Part shown: positions 10,114 through 20,538 of the stretch, piece after piece
Position numbering within the stretch: the first letter of the stretch is position 1
Layout of the letters: every line of letters begins with the position of its first letter
Assembly: GCA_963840855.1 (NCBI GenBank)
Contig: CAWJBB010000061.1
Coordinates: 1-64,000 of the forward strand
Direction of reading: 5' to 3'
From: an uncultured delta proteobacterium
Lineage (GTDB): Bacteria; Desulfobacterota; Binatia; UBA9968
DNA: 64,000 bases
The notes under the pieces: model-generated
What the model was told of the DNA's origin: nothing
Seen by the model: only the letters and a program-made list of their open reading frames with translations
The model's database searches: none
Program-made: the position numbers and the translations under genes

Positions 10114-11238
10114 ATGCGATACGTCGATGCCGACGGCCATGTAGAGGAATGTCATGCCACTTCAGCGAACAGTACCTCGATCCGCTATTCGTTCGCGCCA
10201 ACTCAGCTTCGTCGTCAGAGACGGCATGGCGTACTGGGTGATCGATGAAGAGATGATTCCCAGACGCGTAGGACGCGGCTGCAACAATCTCGGCACGCCG
10301 GTGAGCTATGAAGGAAAAGCCAACCAAACACTCGGCGTTGAAACCCGATAGCTTGGAGAGCATGGAGCTCAGCGACATCAATGCTGTTTGCGCTCGATGG
10401 ATGAGGAGGAGATCGCGCTCCAGGTCGTTTACCCAAGCCTGTTTTTGGCTTATCCGTTAACCTCCAACAACGCCTTTGCCAGCGCGCTTTCGTCGTCTTA
10501 CAACCGCTGGCTAAGCGACCGGCTTTGCGGTATCGAACGGATCAAATGGGCGGCAATCGTCAATCTTGATGACGCCCAAGGCGCGGCGCGGCAAGTGCGT
10601 GAAGCGAAGTCTTTGGGCGCCGTCGCTGTGATGGTTCTGGGCACCGCCGGCGATCTCACTTTAGATCACCCGACTCTTTTACCCTTTTACGAAGCTTTGA
10701 CCGAGAACGATTTGCCATTGGCCGTTCATGTGGGTTGGGGCTGCCCATCGCTTAACAACCTTTACAGTCACATCTATCCGTCCGGAGTCATCGCCTTTCT
10801 CGTTCCCGTGCTTATGGGTCTTGTGGCGATGATAAGAGGAGGTATCTTGGACCGCTTTCCCAATCTAAGAATTGCCTTTCTAGAGGCAGGCTGCCAGTGG
10901 GTTCATTTCGTGCTGGAGCGGCTGGAACACCGCTTCAAGCGGACCGGCACCCAGCTTTCCACCTTTCACTCACTCACGGCGCCGCAGCATGTGCTACCGC
11001 CGATGGAGTATGTGCGTAGAGGGAACCTCTTCTTCAGCACGGAAGCGGAGGACGTTCTCTTGCCACAGGTGATCGACCTCGTAGGGCAAGAAAATATCGT
11101 CTTCGGCTCCGACATGCCGCAGGAGATCGTTATCAGTGCGCCGCTAGAATGCTGACGGACCGAAACGACGTCAGCGAAGCGGCGAAGATCAGCATTTTGG
11201 AAAAAAACCCGGCGCGGCTCTACGGCCTTAGAATCTAG
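10114..11238 (+). CDS. Amidohydrolase family 2 protein with multiple frameshifts
   Basis: RBS GGAGG then MRYVDADGHVEE at 10114; YNRWL, PLAVH, DRFPNLRIAFLEAGCQW, FGSDMP, and ILEKNPARLYGL before TAG 11238, spread over several frames. Confidence 0.8.
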
Positions 11239-11273
11239 AAGCAATTACTTCTGCAAGGAAGGCTGCGAAGATT

Positions 11274-12316
11274 ATGCGGAAAGCAATTTTCATCCTTGGG
11301 TTTTGCTTTGGATCGAACCTTTTATACAGCGAAACCCTGTGGGCCCAGGCTGAACCTATATCAAAGGCAAGAGCATTAGAATCATCGTCGCCTTAACGCC
11401 CGGAGGAGCTTACAGATACGTGGGCGCGGCTACTCACGAAATACCTCGACAAGTATATTCCAGGAAATCCGAGCTTCATCGTGCAAAATATGCCGGGCGC
11501 CGGATCCGTCGTTGCGGCTAACTATCTCTACAACGTAGCGAAGCCCGACGGTTTGACTTTGGGCACGATCTCTTCCGCGCTCTATTTCGACCAGCTCATC
11601 GGCAGAAAAGAAGTTAATTTCGATTGGGGTAAATTCTCCTGGATCGGCACGCCCGAGCAGACCAGCGAAATGCTTTACATTCGGTCGGACACGCCCTTCA
11701 AAACCGTGGACGACCTGCGCAGGGCCTCGGAGCCGCCTAAATGCGGTCCGTCGGGATCGGCAGCACCGACCATTATTTCCCGAAACTCCTGGAAGACGCG
11801 ATGGGAGCCAAGTTCAACATTGTCGTCGGCTACCAGGGCGCCGCCGACATCGACCTCGCCGTCGAGAAAGGTGAGATGCTTTGCCGGGCGGGAACCCTGT
11901 CATCCTTTTTTGGCAGAGAGCCAGGACGCACATGGATAAAGCAAGGGTTCGTCCGGGTGCTCGTTCAGGGCGGCAAGACCCGCGATCCCAGAGCGCCGGA
12001 TGCGCCCACAATCTACGAGCTGATGGATAAATACAAAACACCTGAAGCGGTCAAGCGCCTGGCTGCCGTCCTCTTATCGCTGGGTGATTTCGGCCGGCCC
12101 GTGGTTGGCCCTCCGGGAATTCCGGCGGACCGGATCAAAATCCTCCGGGACGGCTTCATGAATACTTTAAAGGATCCGGAACTGGCGGCTGAGGCCAAGA
12201 AACGCGGATGGGATCTGAGCTCGATCACCGGTGACGAACTTGATCGCCTGGCTAAGGAAATCGTCGCTCAACCGCCCGAGGTCATCGAGCGAATGCAAAA
12301 ATTGTTTTCGAAGTAG
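11274..12316 (+). CDS. Bug/TctC substrate-binding protein, frameshifted
   Basis: KGKSIRIIV, PGNPSFIVQNMPGAGS, KPDGLT, GYQGAADIDLAVEKGE, PPGIPADR in successive frames. Confidence 0.85.
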
Positions 12317-12354
12317 TGCAGCCGGCTTCACCGGTGCAAAATCGGGAATAGGCT

Positions 12355-12396
12355 TGTCAGGCGGTAGCGGAAGGATCTCGATTCATCAGAATGACA
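12355..12396. repeat. Degenerate palindromic element (GTCA...GAAGGATCT...CAGAATGAC family)
   Basis: tgtcaggcggtagcggaaggatctc...tcagaatgaca shares its ends with the element at 49070-49137. Confidence 0.45.
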
Positions 12397-12596
12397 TTCC
12401 TGCGCTTTTTCGGGTTGCGACACGGATTGGGTGCGTTCGCCCTGATAGCTCATCGTAATTCCCTGAAACTACGTTCTCTATTCTATGTCCGTCGTGGTGG
12501 CTTGCGCTTTTCCACGTCGACTTTTGGGCGTACAAGAAACAATGGCGAAGAATTTTCACTTCGCACTCAGATCAAAGGAGAAAAGGAGATAAACCC

Positions 12597-13412
12597 ATGG
12601 CGTCAAATTACGAGACCCTGATCGTCACCAAGGCGGATGGCATCACGACCATCACCTTTAATCGTCCGGAGAAGCGCAACGCGATGAGCCCGCAATTGCA
12701 CCGGGAGATGTTTCATCTGCTCACGGACTTGCGCTACGACAAGGAAACTCGGGCGATTATCATTACCGGCGCGGGAGACAATTTTTGCGCCGGCCAAGAC
12801 CTCAAGCAATATGGCCTCGAAATGGAGTCACAGCCGCAGCAAGTGCGCGACGAGGTGCGGGACATGGTGCGCCGCTGGCGTAACGAGCTGCTCAGGACTC
12901 TGCCGCAGCCGGTGATCGCGCGCATCACCGGCTGGTGCCTGGGCGGCGCGCTCACGGTGGTTGCTGGATGCGACATTGCCATCGCCGCCGAAGATGCGCT
13001 TTTCGGTCTGCCCGAAGTCAACTTCGGCCACTTCCCCGCGGGTGATACCACCTATGTGATGACGGAACACCTCAAGCCGAAGCACGGGCTTTACTACGCG
13101 CTTACGGGAAAGATGATGAACGCCAAAGAAGCGGAACGGCTTGGCTTGATTTCCAAGGTCGTTCAGCGCGCGGATCTGGACACCGAGGTCATGGAGACCG
13201 CCAAATGCCTCGCCGAAAAAAGTCCGATAGGTCTAAAGGCAGTCAAGGAAGCATGGTATTACAGCTCCTACTCGGCGCCGAACGTCGCCTACGAAATTTC
13301 TAATTTGATTTCCGCGCGCGCCATCCGCGAACATGGCGGGAGACCCGGACTGGAGCAGTTCGTGCAGAAAAAACTACGGCCGGTCTCGGGCGTCATGAGT
13401 CTGGAGAAGTAA
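12597..13412 (+). CDS. Crotonase-family enzyme resembling hydroxycinnamoyl-CoA hydratase-lyase (HCHL/Ech)
   Basis: NRPEKRNAMSP, AGQDLKQY, GWCLGG, FGLPEVNFG, LYYALTGK, GGRPGLEQF match the HCHL subfamily pattern as I recall it. Confidence 0.75.
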   Translation: MASNYETLIVTKADGITTITFNRPEKRNAMSPQLHREMFHLLTDLRYDKETRAIIITGAGDNFCAGQDLKQYGLEMESQPQQVRDEVRDMVRRWRNELLRTLPQPVIARITGWCLGGALTVVAGCDIAIAAEDALFGLPEVNFGHFPAGDTTYVMTEHLKPKHGLYYALTGKMMNAKEAERLGLISKVVQRADLDTEVMETAKCLAEKSPIGLKAVKEAWYYSSYSAPNVAYEISNLISARAIREHGGRPGLEQFVQKKLRPVSGVMSLEK

Positions 13413-13552
13413 ATGGGCCCGGGGAGGGTTTCGTTACCCGCGCTGAATCCTGCGCGGTAGATCCGGCACTTGTGGCCGGTACTGTTGAATGCTACAAAAT
13501 TCTCACCTTGACTCGCGGGAACATGGCCCGCGAAAATTAATCCGGGGGTGAC

Positions 13553-14620
13553 ATGATCAGAATCCGAGCAAGTTTACGGCCGTTTATCGCGATGGTTTTC
13601 GCGCTCATTGGTTCCGCTATTTTTCCCAACGACATTTTCTCCCAAACACCTTCTTTCCAGAACAAGACAATCACGATCCTTCGCGGCGGCGAGCCCGGCG
13701 GCTCCGGCGATATGCAAGCGCGGGCGTTGATCCCGTTCTTGAAAAAGTACATCCCCGGTAGTCCGACCATCGTCATTGAAAACATGCCCGGCGCGGCGGG
13801 GATGAAAGCGGTCAATCACGCGTATTCATCCGCTAAACCTGACGGGCTTACGATTACGGCCGTGGGTTCCGGCCTGGCGTCGGGCGCGATTCTCGGGCTG
13901 CCGGGAGTAAGGTATGACGTCGACAAGCTCATTTATCTCGGCTCCACCGAACATGGCGATCCCTACGTGTTCTTAAGCCGCAAAGAGTCGGGCTTCGACA
14001 CGCTGGAGAAACTGCGCGCCGCCACCGGCGTGCGGGTCGGAGCGCAAACCGTGGGCCATGCCGTATACATCAGCGGGCGGATTTTCGCCTATCTGCTCGG
14101 CCTCAAGGAGCCGAAAATCGTTGTCGGCTTTGGCGGCGTGGAAATGGATCTCGCCTTGACGCGGGGTGAGATCGACGCTAGGGCGAATAGCGCGGACACT
14201 GTGGTACGAAGAAATGCCGAAGCGCTGAACAAGGGCCAGTTTAATATTCACGCCACCTTAACGATTCCAAAAGGCAAGCCGTACCCGCGTTTCAGTAATG
14301 TCCTCGACGTGGATACGTTGACCAGGAACGAAAGAGAGCGCCAGTTAGTGAGCCTGTTCCGCGAATTCATGTATCCCCGTTGGCCTTATGTCTTGCCGCC
14401 GGGAACGCCGCCGGAGATCGTCAAGACGCTGCGCGATGCCATGAATAAATCCTTCAAAGATCCCGGGTTCGCCCAGGAGTTTAAAAAACTTATGGGTAGT
14501 GACCCGTCGCCTCTCACTGGCGAAGAAGTGGAGACGTCGATTCGCGAGCTGCCGCGCGATCCGGAAATCGTCGGCCTGTACAAAAAAATGGCCGAGCATG
14601 GTCCGCTCCCGCCGCGGTGA
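13553..14620 (+). CDS. Bug/TctC substrate-binding protein
   Basis: Signal peptide, KTITILRGGEPGGSGD, IVIENMPGAAG, KPDGLT, PPGTPPE. Confidence 0.88.
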   Translation: MIRIRASLRPFIAMVFALIGSAIFPNDIFSQTPSFQNKTITILRGGEPGGSGDMQARALIPFLKKYIPGSPTIVIENMPGAAGMKAVNHAYSSAKPDGLTITAVGSGLASGAILGLPGVRYDVDKLIYLGSTEHGDPYVFLSRKESGFDTLEKLRAATGVRVGAQTVGHAVYISGRIFAYLLGLKEPKIVVGFGGVEMDLALTRGEIDARANSADTVVRRNAEALNKGQFNIHATLTIPKGKPYPRFSNVLDVDTLTRNERERQLVSLFREFMYPRWPYVLPPGTPPEIVKTLRDAMNKSFKDPGFAQEFKKLMGSDPSPLTGEEVETSIRELPRDPEIVGLYKKMAEHGPLPPR

Positions 14621-14662
14621 GAACGCGAGCCCAGGGTTTGCCCGACCGCAGAGTTTCTCGGG

Positions 14663-14770
14663 CTAACTTTTCGCGCCGAGCTGCGCGAGGAAACCGCTCT
14701 TCTCTAAATCATCGACGAAGCGCAAGTCGACAACCTCTTCCGGCTTGGCCCTGGCGGCTTGTTCTTTCAG
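14663..14770 (-). pseudogene. Orphan C-terminal remnant of an NMT1/SsuA-type binding protein
   Basis: Minus strand reads LKEQAARAKPEEVVDLRFVDDLEKSGFLAQLGAKS*, matching the tails of the intact SBPs (e.g. DPKAFVDQSLITELDKSGFIKQLY). Confidence 0.7.
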
Positions 14771-14978
14771 TACCGGCCTCGACCTAAGCCGCAAAACCAA
14801 TCTAAAGCGCGCGACAAAATTTTAACCGGCGTCATTCGATTCGGGAACGATCAACTCGAAGCGAAGGAAAAGATTGGCGAATCGCCTAATAGGCGATTGA
14901 CGGTTGCAGCCCTCAGACAAAACTAAAGCGTTTCGGAACTTGGAATCGTGGCATTGGGGAGATAAAATCAAGAAGCCC

Positions 14979-16490
14979 ATGCAAGCTGTCTACATCGCCG
15001 GTATCGGTATGACCAAGTTCGGCAAGGACCCGCGGTCCTTGGCGGAGATTTTTTGCCAAGCGGCGCAACGAGCGCTCGCCGAATCCAAAATCCAAGAAGT
15101 CGACGCGCTCTTTATTGGCGCGATGAACCCCGAGGAGTTTACCGGCGACAGTAATATAGCATCGCATATCGTCGGCGCGCTTGGGCTCACCGGCATTCCC
15201 GCGTTACGTATCGAAACTGCGTCATCCGCGGGCGCCGCGGCCCTGGCCGCCGGTTTTCACGCAATCGCGTCGGGGTGTTATCGCAGGATTTTGGTGCTAG
15301 CCGCCGAGAAGATGACGCACTTGAGCACCAGCGCGACAACGCGCATCTTGGCTGGAGTCATCGACAAACGGGAACGACAGTGCGGCGCCACCATGCCGGC
15401 TCTAGCCGCGATGATCACCGAAAAGTACCGCAAGAAGTTTCGTTTCTCCGAGTCGCGCTTGGAGAATATGCTTTGCGCTGTGGCGCTGAAAAACCACCTC
15501 AACGGATCAAAGAATTCGCACGCGCAATTTCAGAACGCGATCACGCGGGAGACCTACTTCGCGAGCAAATTCGTGGCCACGCCGCTGCGATTGTACGATT
15601 GCTCGCCGATCACCGACGGTGCGGCCGCGGTGGTACTTACGAGCGACAATACCGATGTGCGGCTTTCGGGCATAGGACAAGGGACCGGTCCACTGAGCCT
15701 TCAGGAAAGAGAGATCTTTACTTCTTTTCCGGCGACGAAAATTGCCGCCGCGCGCGCCTATGAAATGGCGCAGGTTACACCGCAAGACATCGATTTCGCG
15801 GAAGTCCACGATGCGTTTACACCCTTTGAAATCATCAGCTGCGAAGATCTCGGTTTTTTTCCGCCGGGCAAAGGGGGCGACTCGACGATCGCCGGCAAAA
15901 CCGCTATCGAGGGGGCACTGCCCATCAATCCTTCCGGCGGCCTGAAGGCACGCGGCCACCCCGTCGGCGCCAGCGGTTTGGCGCAAGTTGTCGAAGTCGC
16001 CAAAAGACTTCGAGGTCAAGAGCCCCTCAAGCGCGCCCCCAAACGGGGCCTGACCCAGAGCACCGGCGGTATGGGTACAAATAACTTTGTGACAATTCTC
16101 GAACGCGCCGACGCGCCCGCCGTGCAAAATCTGTGGACGCCCCCGCCCACGCCGCCGGTCAGCCCTCGCGGGAATCTCGTTTCCGCGCGCAGCACCGATG
16201 AAGGCGTCATCGAAACGTTTACGATTCTTTATGTGACACCGGATGGTTTTCTCCCACCGCTCGCTCTAGCCCTCGTCCGAGATCGCCTTGGCGCCTTGCT
16301 CATGGCGCAGGGAGAAGATAACACGCAACTCAAAATCGGCCAGGAGGTTTTTCTCCGGAGCGTCGACGGCGTCTACCTTTTTACGGTAAAAAGCCAAATA
16401 CAAAAAGTGCAGCAAGCTTTCATGAAGTTTTTTCGGCGCAAGGCAGCCGCGCCGTCGTCGAAAAATAACCGCAGCGGAGACCAACAGTGA
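14979..16490 (+). CDS. Thiolase-fold protein (Cys-to-Ser at the nucleophile position) fused to a C-terminal DUF35-like OB fold
   Basis: IAGIGMTKFG, IETASSAG, PLRLYDCSPITDGAAA, EVHDAF, INPSGGL.ARGHPVGASG; Pro-rich linker then GVIETFTIL..TPDGF..PLALALV...LKIGQEV. Confidence 0.85.
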   Translation: MQAVYIAGIGMTKFGKDPRSLAEIFCQAAQRALAESKIQEVDALFIGAMNPEEFTGDSNIASHIVGALGLTGIPALRIETASSAGAAALAAGFHAIASGCYRRILVLAAEKMTHLSTSATTRILAGVIDKRERQCGATMPALAAMITEKYRKKFRFSESRLENMLCAVALKNHLNGSKNSHAQFQNAITRETYFASKFVATPLRLYDCSPITDGAAAVVLTSDNTDVRLSGIGQGTGPLSLQEREIFTSFPATKIAAARAYEMAQVTPQDIDFAEVHDAFTPFEIISCEDLGFFPPGKGGDSTIAGKTAIEGALPINPSGGLKARGHPVGASGLAQVVEVAKRLRGQEPLKRAPKRGLTQSTGGMGTNNFVTILERADAPAVQNLWTPPPTPPVSPRGNLVSARSTDEGVIETFTILYVTPDGFLPPLALALVRDRLGALLMAQGEDNTQLKIGQEVFLRSVDGVYLFTVKSQIQKVQQAFMKFFRRKAAAPSSKNNRSGDQQ

Positions 16491-17179
16491 TCCTAGGACG
16501 CGGCGCCGGTCGAGCGGAAAAGCGTTTCAAGTCGCTCACCAAACTCCTAACCGAGAAGCTTAAAGAAGCGATTATCACCGGCAGCCTCGCTCCGGGCGAA
16601 CGGCTCGCCGAGGCCGCTCTGTCGGCTTCTCTAAAAGTTGGTCCCGTGGCGCTGCGCGAAGCGCTGCGCACGCTCGAAGCGGAAGGTTTCGTTACTATTC
16701 GCCCGGATAACGAAATAATTGTGAGCAAGCCAACGCGCGAAGAGATCGAAGATTACTACAGCATCGCCGGCGTGCTCGAAGGCTTGGCCGTTCGTCTCGC
16801 GGTCGAGCGCGCTCAGCAGGAAGAGGTGGAGCGTCTCACGGAACTGCATCGGGCGCTCAAAGAAGCCTGCCAGAAGCGCGATCTGATTCGCTACTTCGAC
16901 GCCAATGCCAACTTTCATCGCTTCATCGCCGAAATCGCGCGCAACGAACGCCTATACCGGCTCATCGACCAGTCCCGCCAGGAAATGCAACGGACGCGAA
17001 TTTTGACGCTCCGTGTGCCGCAAAGGCTCGACTATTCAATGCGCGAGCATGACCAGATCATGGATGCCTTTTTGAAAAAAAACCCGGCCCTCGCCGAGAG
17101 CACCATGGTGCGCCATTTGCACAACCAGATGGAAACACTGCGCAAAGCCATCGATACCGCGAAAGGAGAAAACCGATGA
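16487..17179 (+). CDS. GntR/FadR-family transcriptional regulator (FCD domain)
   Basis: LKEAIITG.LAPGERL.E...LREALRTLEAEG, NANFH..IAE, EHDQIMDA, MVRHL. Confidence 0.9.
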   Translation: MILGRGAGRAEKRFKSLTKLLTEKLKEAIITGSLAPGERLAEAALSASLKVGPVALREALRTLEAEGFVTIRPDNEIIVSKPTREEIEDYYSIAGVLEGLAVRLAVERAQQEEVERLTELHRALKEACQKRDLIRYFDANANFHRFIAEIARNERLYRLIDQSRQEMQRTRILTLRVPQRLDYSMREHDQIMDAFLKKNPALAESTMVRHLHNQMETLRKAIDTAKGENR

Positions 17180-17634
17180 ACGATAAAACCGAAAAGAAAG
17201 CCCGCCCTTTGGGTATCAACCACGTGGTCCTCGAAGTCGACGACCTGGACAAGGCTCTAGAATTTTACGGCGCGCTCTTCGATTTCACGCTGCGCGGCCG
17301 GGGCGATCACAATGCCTTTATCGATCTCGGCGACCAGTTCATTCAACTTACCCTCGGCAGAACTCAAGTCCCGGATACCAAGCGCCACTTCGGTCTCGTG
17401 GTCGACGACCGTGAAGCCGTCCGCCGAGCCATGGAGAGGGTCGGCATCAAGAGCATCAACGACCGGCTGAATATCCTCGACCCCTGGGGTAATCGCATCG
17501 AGATCGTTCCATACGACGATTGCCAGTTCACTAAAGCCGATCACGTGCTGAACGGCATGGGCGTGGTCCCCATCGAAAAGACCGCCAGCGCCATCGAGGA
17601 GCTGCGAAAGAAAGGCATGACGCCGCTTTCCTAG
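17176..17634 (+). CDS. VOC (glyoxalase/extradiol dioxygenase) family protein
   Basis: GINHVVLEVDDLDKALEFY, HFGLVV, DPWGNRIEIV. Confidence 0.88.
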   Translation: MNDKTEKKARPLGINHVVLEVDDLDKALEFYGALFDFTLRGRGDHNAFIDLGDQFIQLTLGRTQVPDTKRHFGLVVDDREAVRRAMERVGIKSINDRLNILDPWGNRIEIVPYDDCQFTKADHVLNGMGVVPIEKTASAIEELRKKGMTPLS

Positions 17635-17694
17635 ACTGTCCTCATCCAACGCCGAACTCCATTGCCACAAAGGTCACCGCTCCTGCTCGCGCAT

Positions 17695-17793
17695 GTTTCA
17701 AACGTTCAAATGGTTCAATATGTTCAAGTTGTTCAACGCAACCCATACGGCTCGGACGGCTTGAACGTTTGAACGGCTTGAACTACTTGAACC
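17695..17793. repeat. Inverted array of GTTCAA / TTGAAC short tandem repeats (period 8-9)
   Basis: Five (g/t)ttcaa units, a spacer, then four ttgaac units. Confidence 0.8.
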
Positions 17794-17924
17794 GGCTGCG
17801 CCCAGCATTCAATGTGCCCCTTTGTGGTTAAATCTCTTTTCCCCTTCGGTTGCGGCTTTGTCGCGCTAGGCTATTTGGGGTTAATAATTTTTCATCAACC
17901 GACCACAAAGGATGTAAGAGGAGT

Positions 17925-18255
17925 ATGGCTAAAAAAGGAAATTGTGGAAGAAAGAGTGGGAAGGGATAAGAAAAGAGAAAAAAAAAGGAAGTAAAAGGAG
18001 AAATGCTCGGCTCGGAAGGCAAAGCTCCGAGGTATCTTGCGAAATTTGTACTAAAAGCCGGTGATGGAGCGCTACCTCGGAGAGGCCGAGGTGATTTGGA
18101 AGGATTTCAAGCTTTGCCAAGGCTACGGAGGGTTCGAGTTCCTCAATCCGCAGCAGAGCTGGCGGAGAAGTATCGGCGAAGGAATAATCTATCTGAACTC
18201 CAGCCGCACCGACAAAGAGGTGCTGGCCTGCGAGATTCAGAGCGCGATGGAGTGA
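17925..18255 (+). pseudogene. Small hypothetical protein with a degraded or mis-called purine-rich 5' half
   Basis: RBS AGAGGAG-ATG at 17925, garbled A/G-rich stretch, then CEIC and the clean ORF VMERYLGEAEVIWKDFKLCQGYGGFEFL...CEIQSAME*. Confidence 0.4.
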
Positions 18256-18286
18256 AGTCGGGGCTGATGGAATTTTCGAACGTAAA

Positions 18287-19204
18287 GTGTCACATTCAGA
18301 TCCGGCGACTTCGCAATACCGCGCCTCCCCGCTCGCCGTCTGGACGGCGCTTGGCGCCGTGTATCTGATCTGGGGTTCCACCTACCTCGCGATTCGTTTC
18401 GCCGTCGAAACGTTGCCGCCGTTTTTGTCAGCCGCGTCGCGCTTTGTCATCTCCGGTGCGTTCCTATATTTCTGGCGGCGCATGGCCGGCGATCCAGCGC
18501 CCAGTAAACTTGAATGGCGCAATACCGCAACCATCGGCATTCTGCTTTTGGTCGGCGGCAACGGCGGCGTAGTCTGGGCAGCGCAGTTCATACCATCGAG
18601 CTTAGCCGCACTGCTGGTGGCGACTGCGCCGCTGTGGATGATCATGATCGATGCACTTCGTCCCGGCGGCGCGTGGCCCAATTTCAAGTCTGCCCTCGGC
18701 ATTGTCATCGGCTTTTGCGGCGCGGCATTGCTAATCGGCTGGAGCGCCAGTGCCACGGAACCGGCAAATTTCCATGGCGCCGTAGCCGTGGTTGCGGCAT
18801 CGCTTTTCTGGGCCCTTGGTTCGATCCAAGGCAAGACCGCCAAGCTCCCGAGTTCTCCCCTGGTCGCCACCGGCATGGAGATGCTGGTGGGAGGAGCGGT
18901 TCAGATTGCTGTCGCTTGGCTATTCGGCGAGTTTCGCCGCTTTGACTTTAATCTGGTCTCCGCGCGCTCGGCCGTTTCCTGGACTTATCTAACCGTGATC
19001 GGCCCGGTCGCCTTCGTCGCCTATGCATGGCTTCTGCGCAACGCGCCGATTCCCTTGGTGGCCACCTACTCCTACGTGAATCCGCTGGTAGCGATCTTGC
19101 TTGGTTATTTCCTTGGCCGAGAAATTATTACCGCGCGCACCCTTCTCGCCGCCGCGCTCGTCGTCGGCTCGGTGGCTCTGGTGAGTGGCGCCAAGAAAAC
19201 TTGA
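18287..19204 (+). CDS. EamA/DMT family transporter (YedA-like)
   Basis: VYLIWGSTYLAIR, PPFL.AA.RF, AYAWLL, TYSYVNPLVA; about 10 hydrophobic segments. Confidence 0.92.
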   Translation: MSHSDPATSQYRASPLAVWTALGAVYLIWGSTYLAIRFAVETLPPFLSAASRFVISGAFLYFWRRMAGDPAPSKLEWRNTATIGILLLVGGNGGVVWAAQFIPSSLAALLVATAPLWMIMIDALRPGGAWPNFKSALGIVIGFCGAALLIGWSASATEPANFHGAVAVVAASLFWALGSIQGKTAKLPSSPLVATGMEMLVGGAVQIAVAWLFGEFRRFDFNLVSARSAVSWTYLTVIGPVAFVAYAWLLRNAPIPLVATYSYVNPLVAILLGYFLGREIITARTLLAAALVVGSVALVSGAKKT

Positions 19205-19278
19205 CCGGCCTCGTTTCCTTGTCCCCCGCCCTGGCGGGTGTTAAAAGAACGTCATCTGGACCAGTAAGGAGATTAGGA

Positions 19279-19884
19279 ATGGCGATTACGTTGTACCATG
19301 ACGTTCCATCATCGAACTCTGACCGGGTAAAAATCGCATTGGCGGAAAAAGGCCTCGCATGGGACGGCGTTACAGTCTCATTGGCCAAGAAAGATCAGAA
19401 GCGGCCCGAGCATCTTAGGCGCAATCCATATGGCAAGATTCCGGTCATCGATGATGACGGCAAAATTCTCTTCGAGTCCTGCATAATCAACGAGTATCTC
19501 GAGGAAAAATATCCCAACCCGCCGCTCATGCCTAACGATCCTTTTCTGCGCGGGCGGGGCCGCATCCTGGTCGATTATGCTCTCAACTATCTTCACGAGC
19601 CCTATTGGATGCTGCGCGGGGAGATGCTCAAAAAGGAATCCGAGCGCAACCCGGCTGTGATGGACGAGAAGCGCCGGACGCTACGGAAACTGCTCGAGTA
19701 TCTAGAGGAGGCGCTCGGCGATAAGCCCTATTTCCTCGGCGATTTTAGCTTGACCGACATCGCGGTCATACCGCGCTTCCTGCGCATGGAGACCTACGGC
19801 GCAATGCCGGCGCCCACACTACCCAAGCTCAATCAGTGGCTGCAACGAATGAAAGAGCGCTCGTCGGTGCAGGCGGTTCTCTAG
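19279..19884 (+). CDS. Glutathione S-transferase family protein
   Basis: RVKIALAEKG, NPYGKIPV, LFESCIINEYLEE, YFLGDFSLTDIA; RBS AGGA before ATG 19279. Confidence 0.92.
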   Translation: MAITLYHDVPSSNSDRVKIALAEKGLAWDGVTVSLAKKDQKRPEHLRRNPYGKIPVIDDDGKILFESCIINEYLEEKYPNPPLMPNDPFLRGRGRILVDYALNYLHEPYWMLRGEMLKKESERNPAVMDEKRRTLRKLLEYLEEALGDKPYFLGDFSLTDIAVIPRFLRMETYGAMPAPTLPKLNQWLQRMKERSSVQAVL

Positions 19885-20022
19885 GCGGGCCACTGAAAAA
19901 GACTCAAAGGCGCTGTTTGCGGTCGTCGATATTCGCGGACATCGTACTCGTCCTCGTGCTCGCACAAACACGAACAACGATAACTGCGCGCCTCGCCCCT
20001 GAGATCTTTTTGAGCGGCCCGC
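19885..20022. mobile_element. MITE-like element with terminal inverted repeats
   Basis: gcgggccactgaaaaagactca ... tgagatctttttgagcggcccgc imperfect TIRs with internal hexamer repeats; starts right after the GST stop codon. Confidence 0.55.
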
Positions 20023-20538
20023 AGGAACAAAATTTTTCCACTGATTGGCTTAATCACTTCCTTTAGCTTCGCCTAAGGCGAAGAGTCCTTGTCTTTCACC
20101 GTGAAGGAAAAAGCCTTGTGCAAAATCTGCACCCGGTCCTTTTGCGTTGTCGGAAAACACGTTGACAACGAGCCGTGGTTCCCTGTATGGAGCCAATCTA
20201 GGAGGTTTGCCTTATGAGGACTAGATTTTGGCTACTAGCCATAAGCGTCGGCCGTATCGGTAGGGCCTGGAGAGGGGATTAAATCGTGATCGAGTCCGAT
20301 CCGGGGATGCCGTAGATGCTTGAGAAGTTGTTTGATGAACAATCGCGCGGAATCGAGCTGTCTAGAGATGGGTTGATATTTTTGGAAGTACGCGGTCATG
20401 CCACGGAACTGGATCAGCGGCAACAGCCGGCCAGCCACATAAAGGTTGCGTAGATTATACATCATCTGGGCTAGAACCTGCGGAGTAATCGAAAAACCGA
20501 GGAGGGAGCTATCACCAGAATTGGTTCGGAGGTCAATC

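Noticed and set aside
17695-17793. Possible CRISPR array from repeated GTTCAA/TTGAAC units
   Set aside because: Units are 7-9 nt with no unique 30-40 nt spacers, and there are no cas genes
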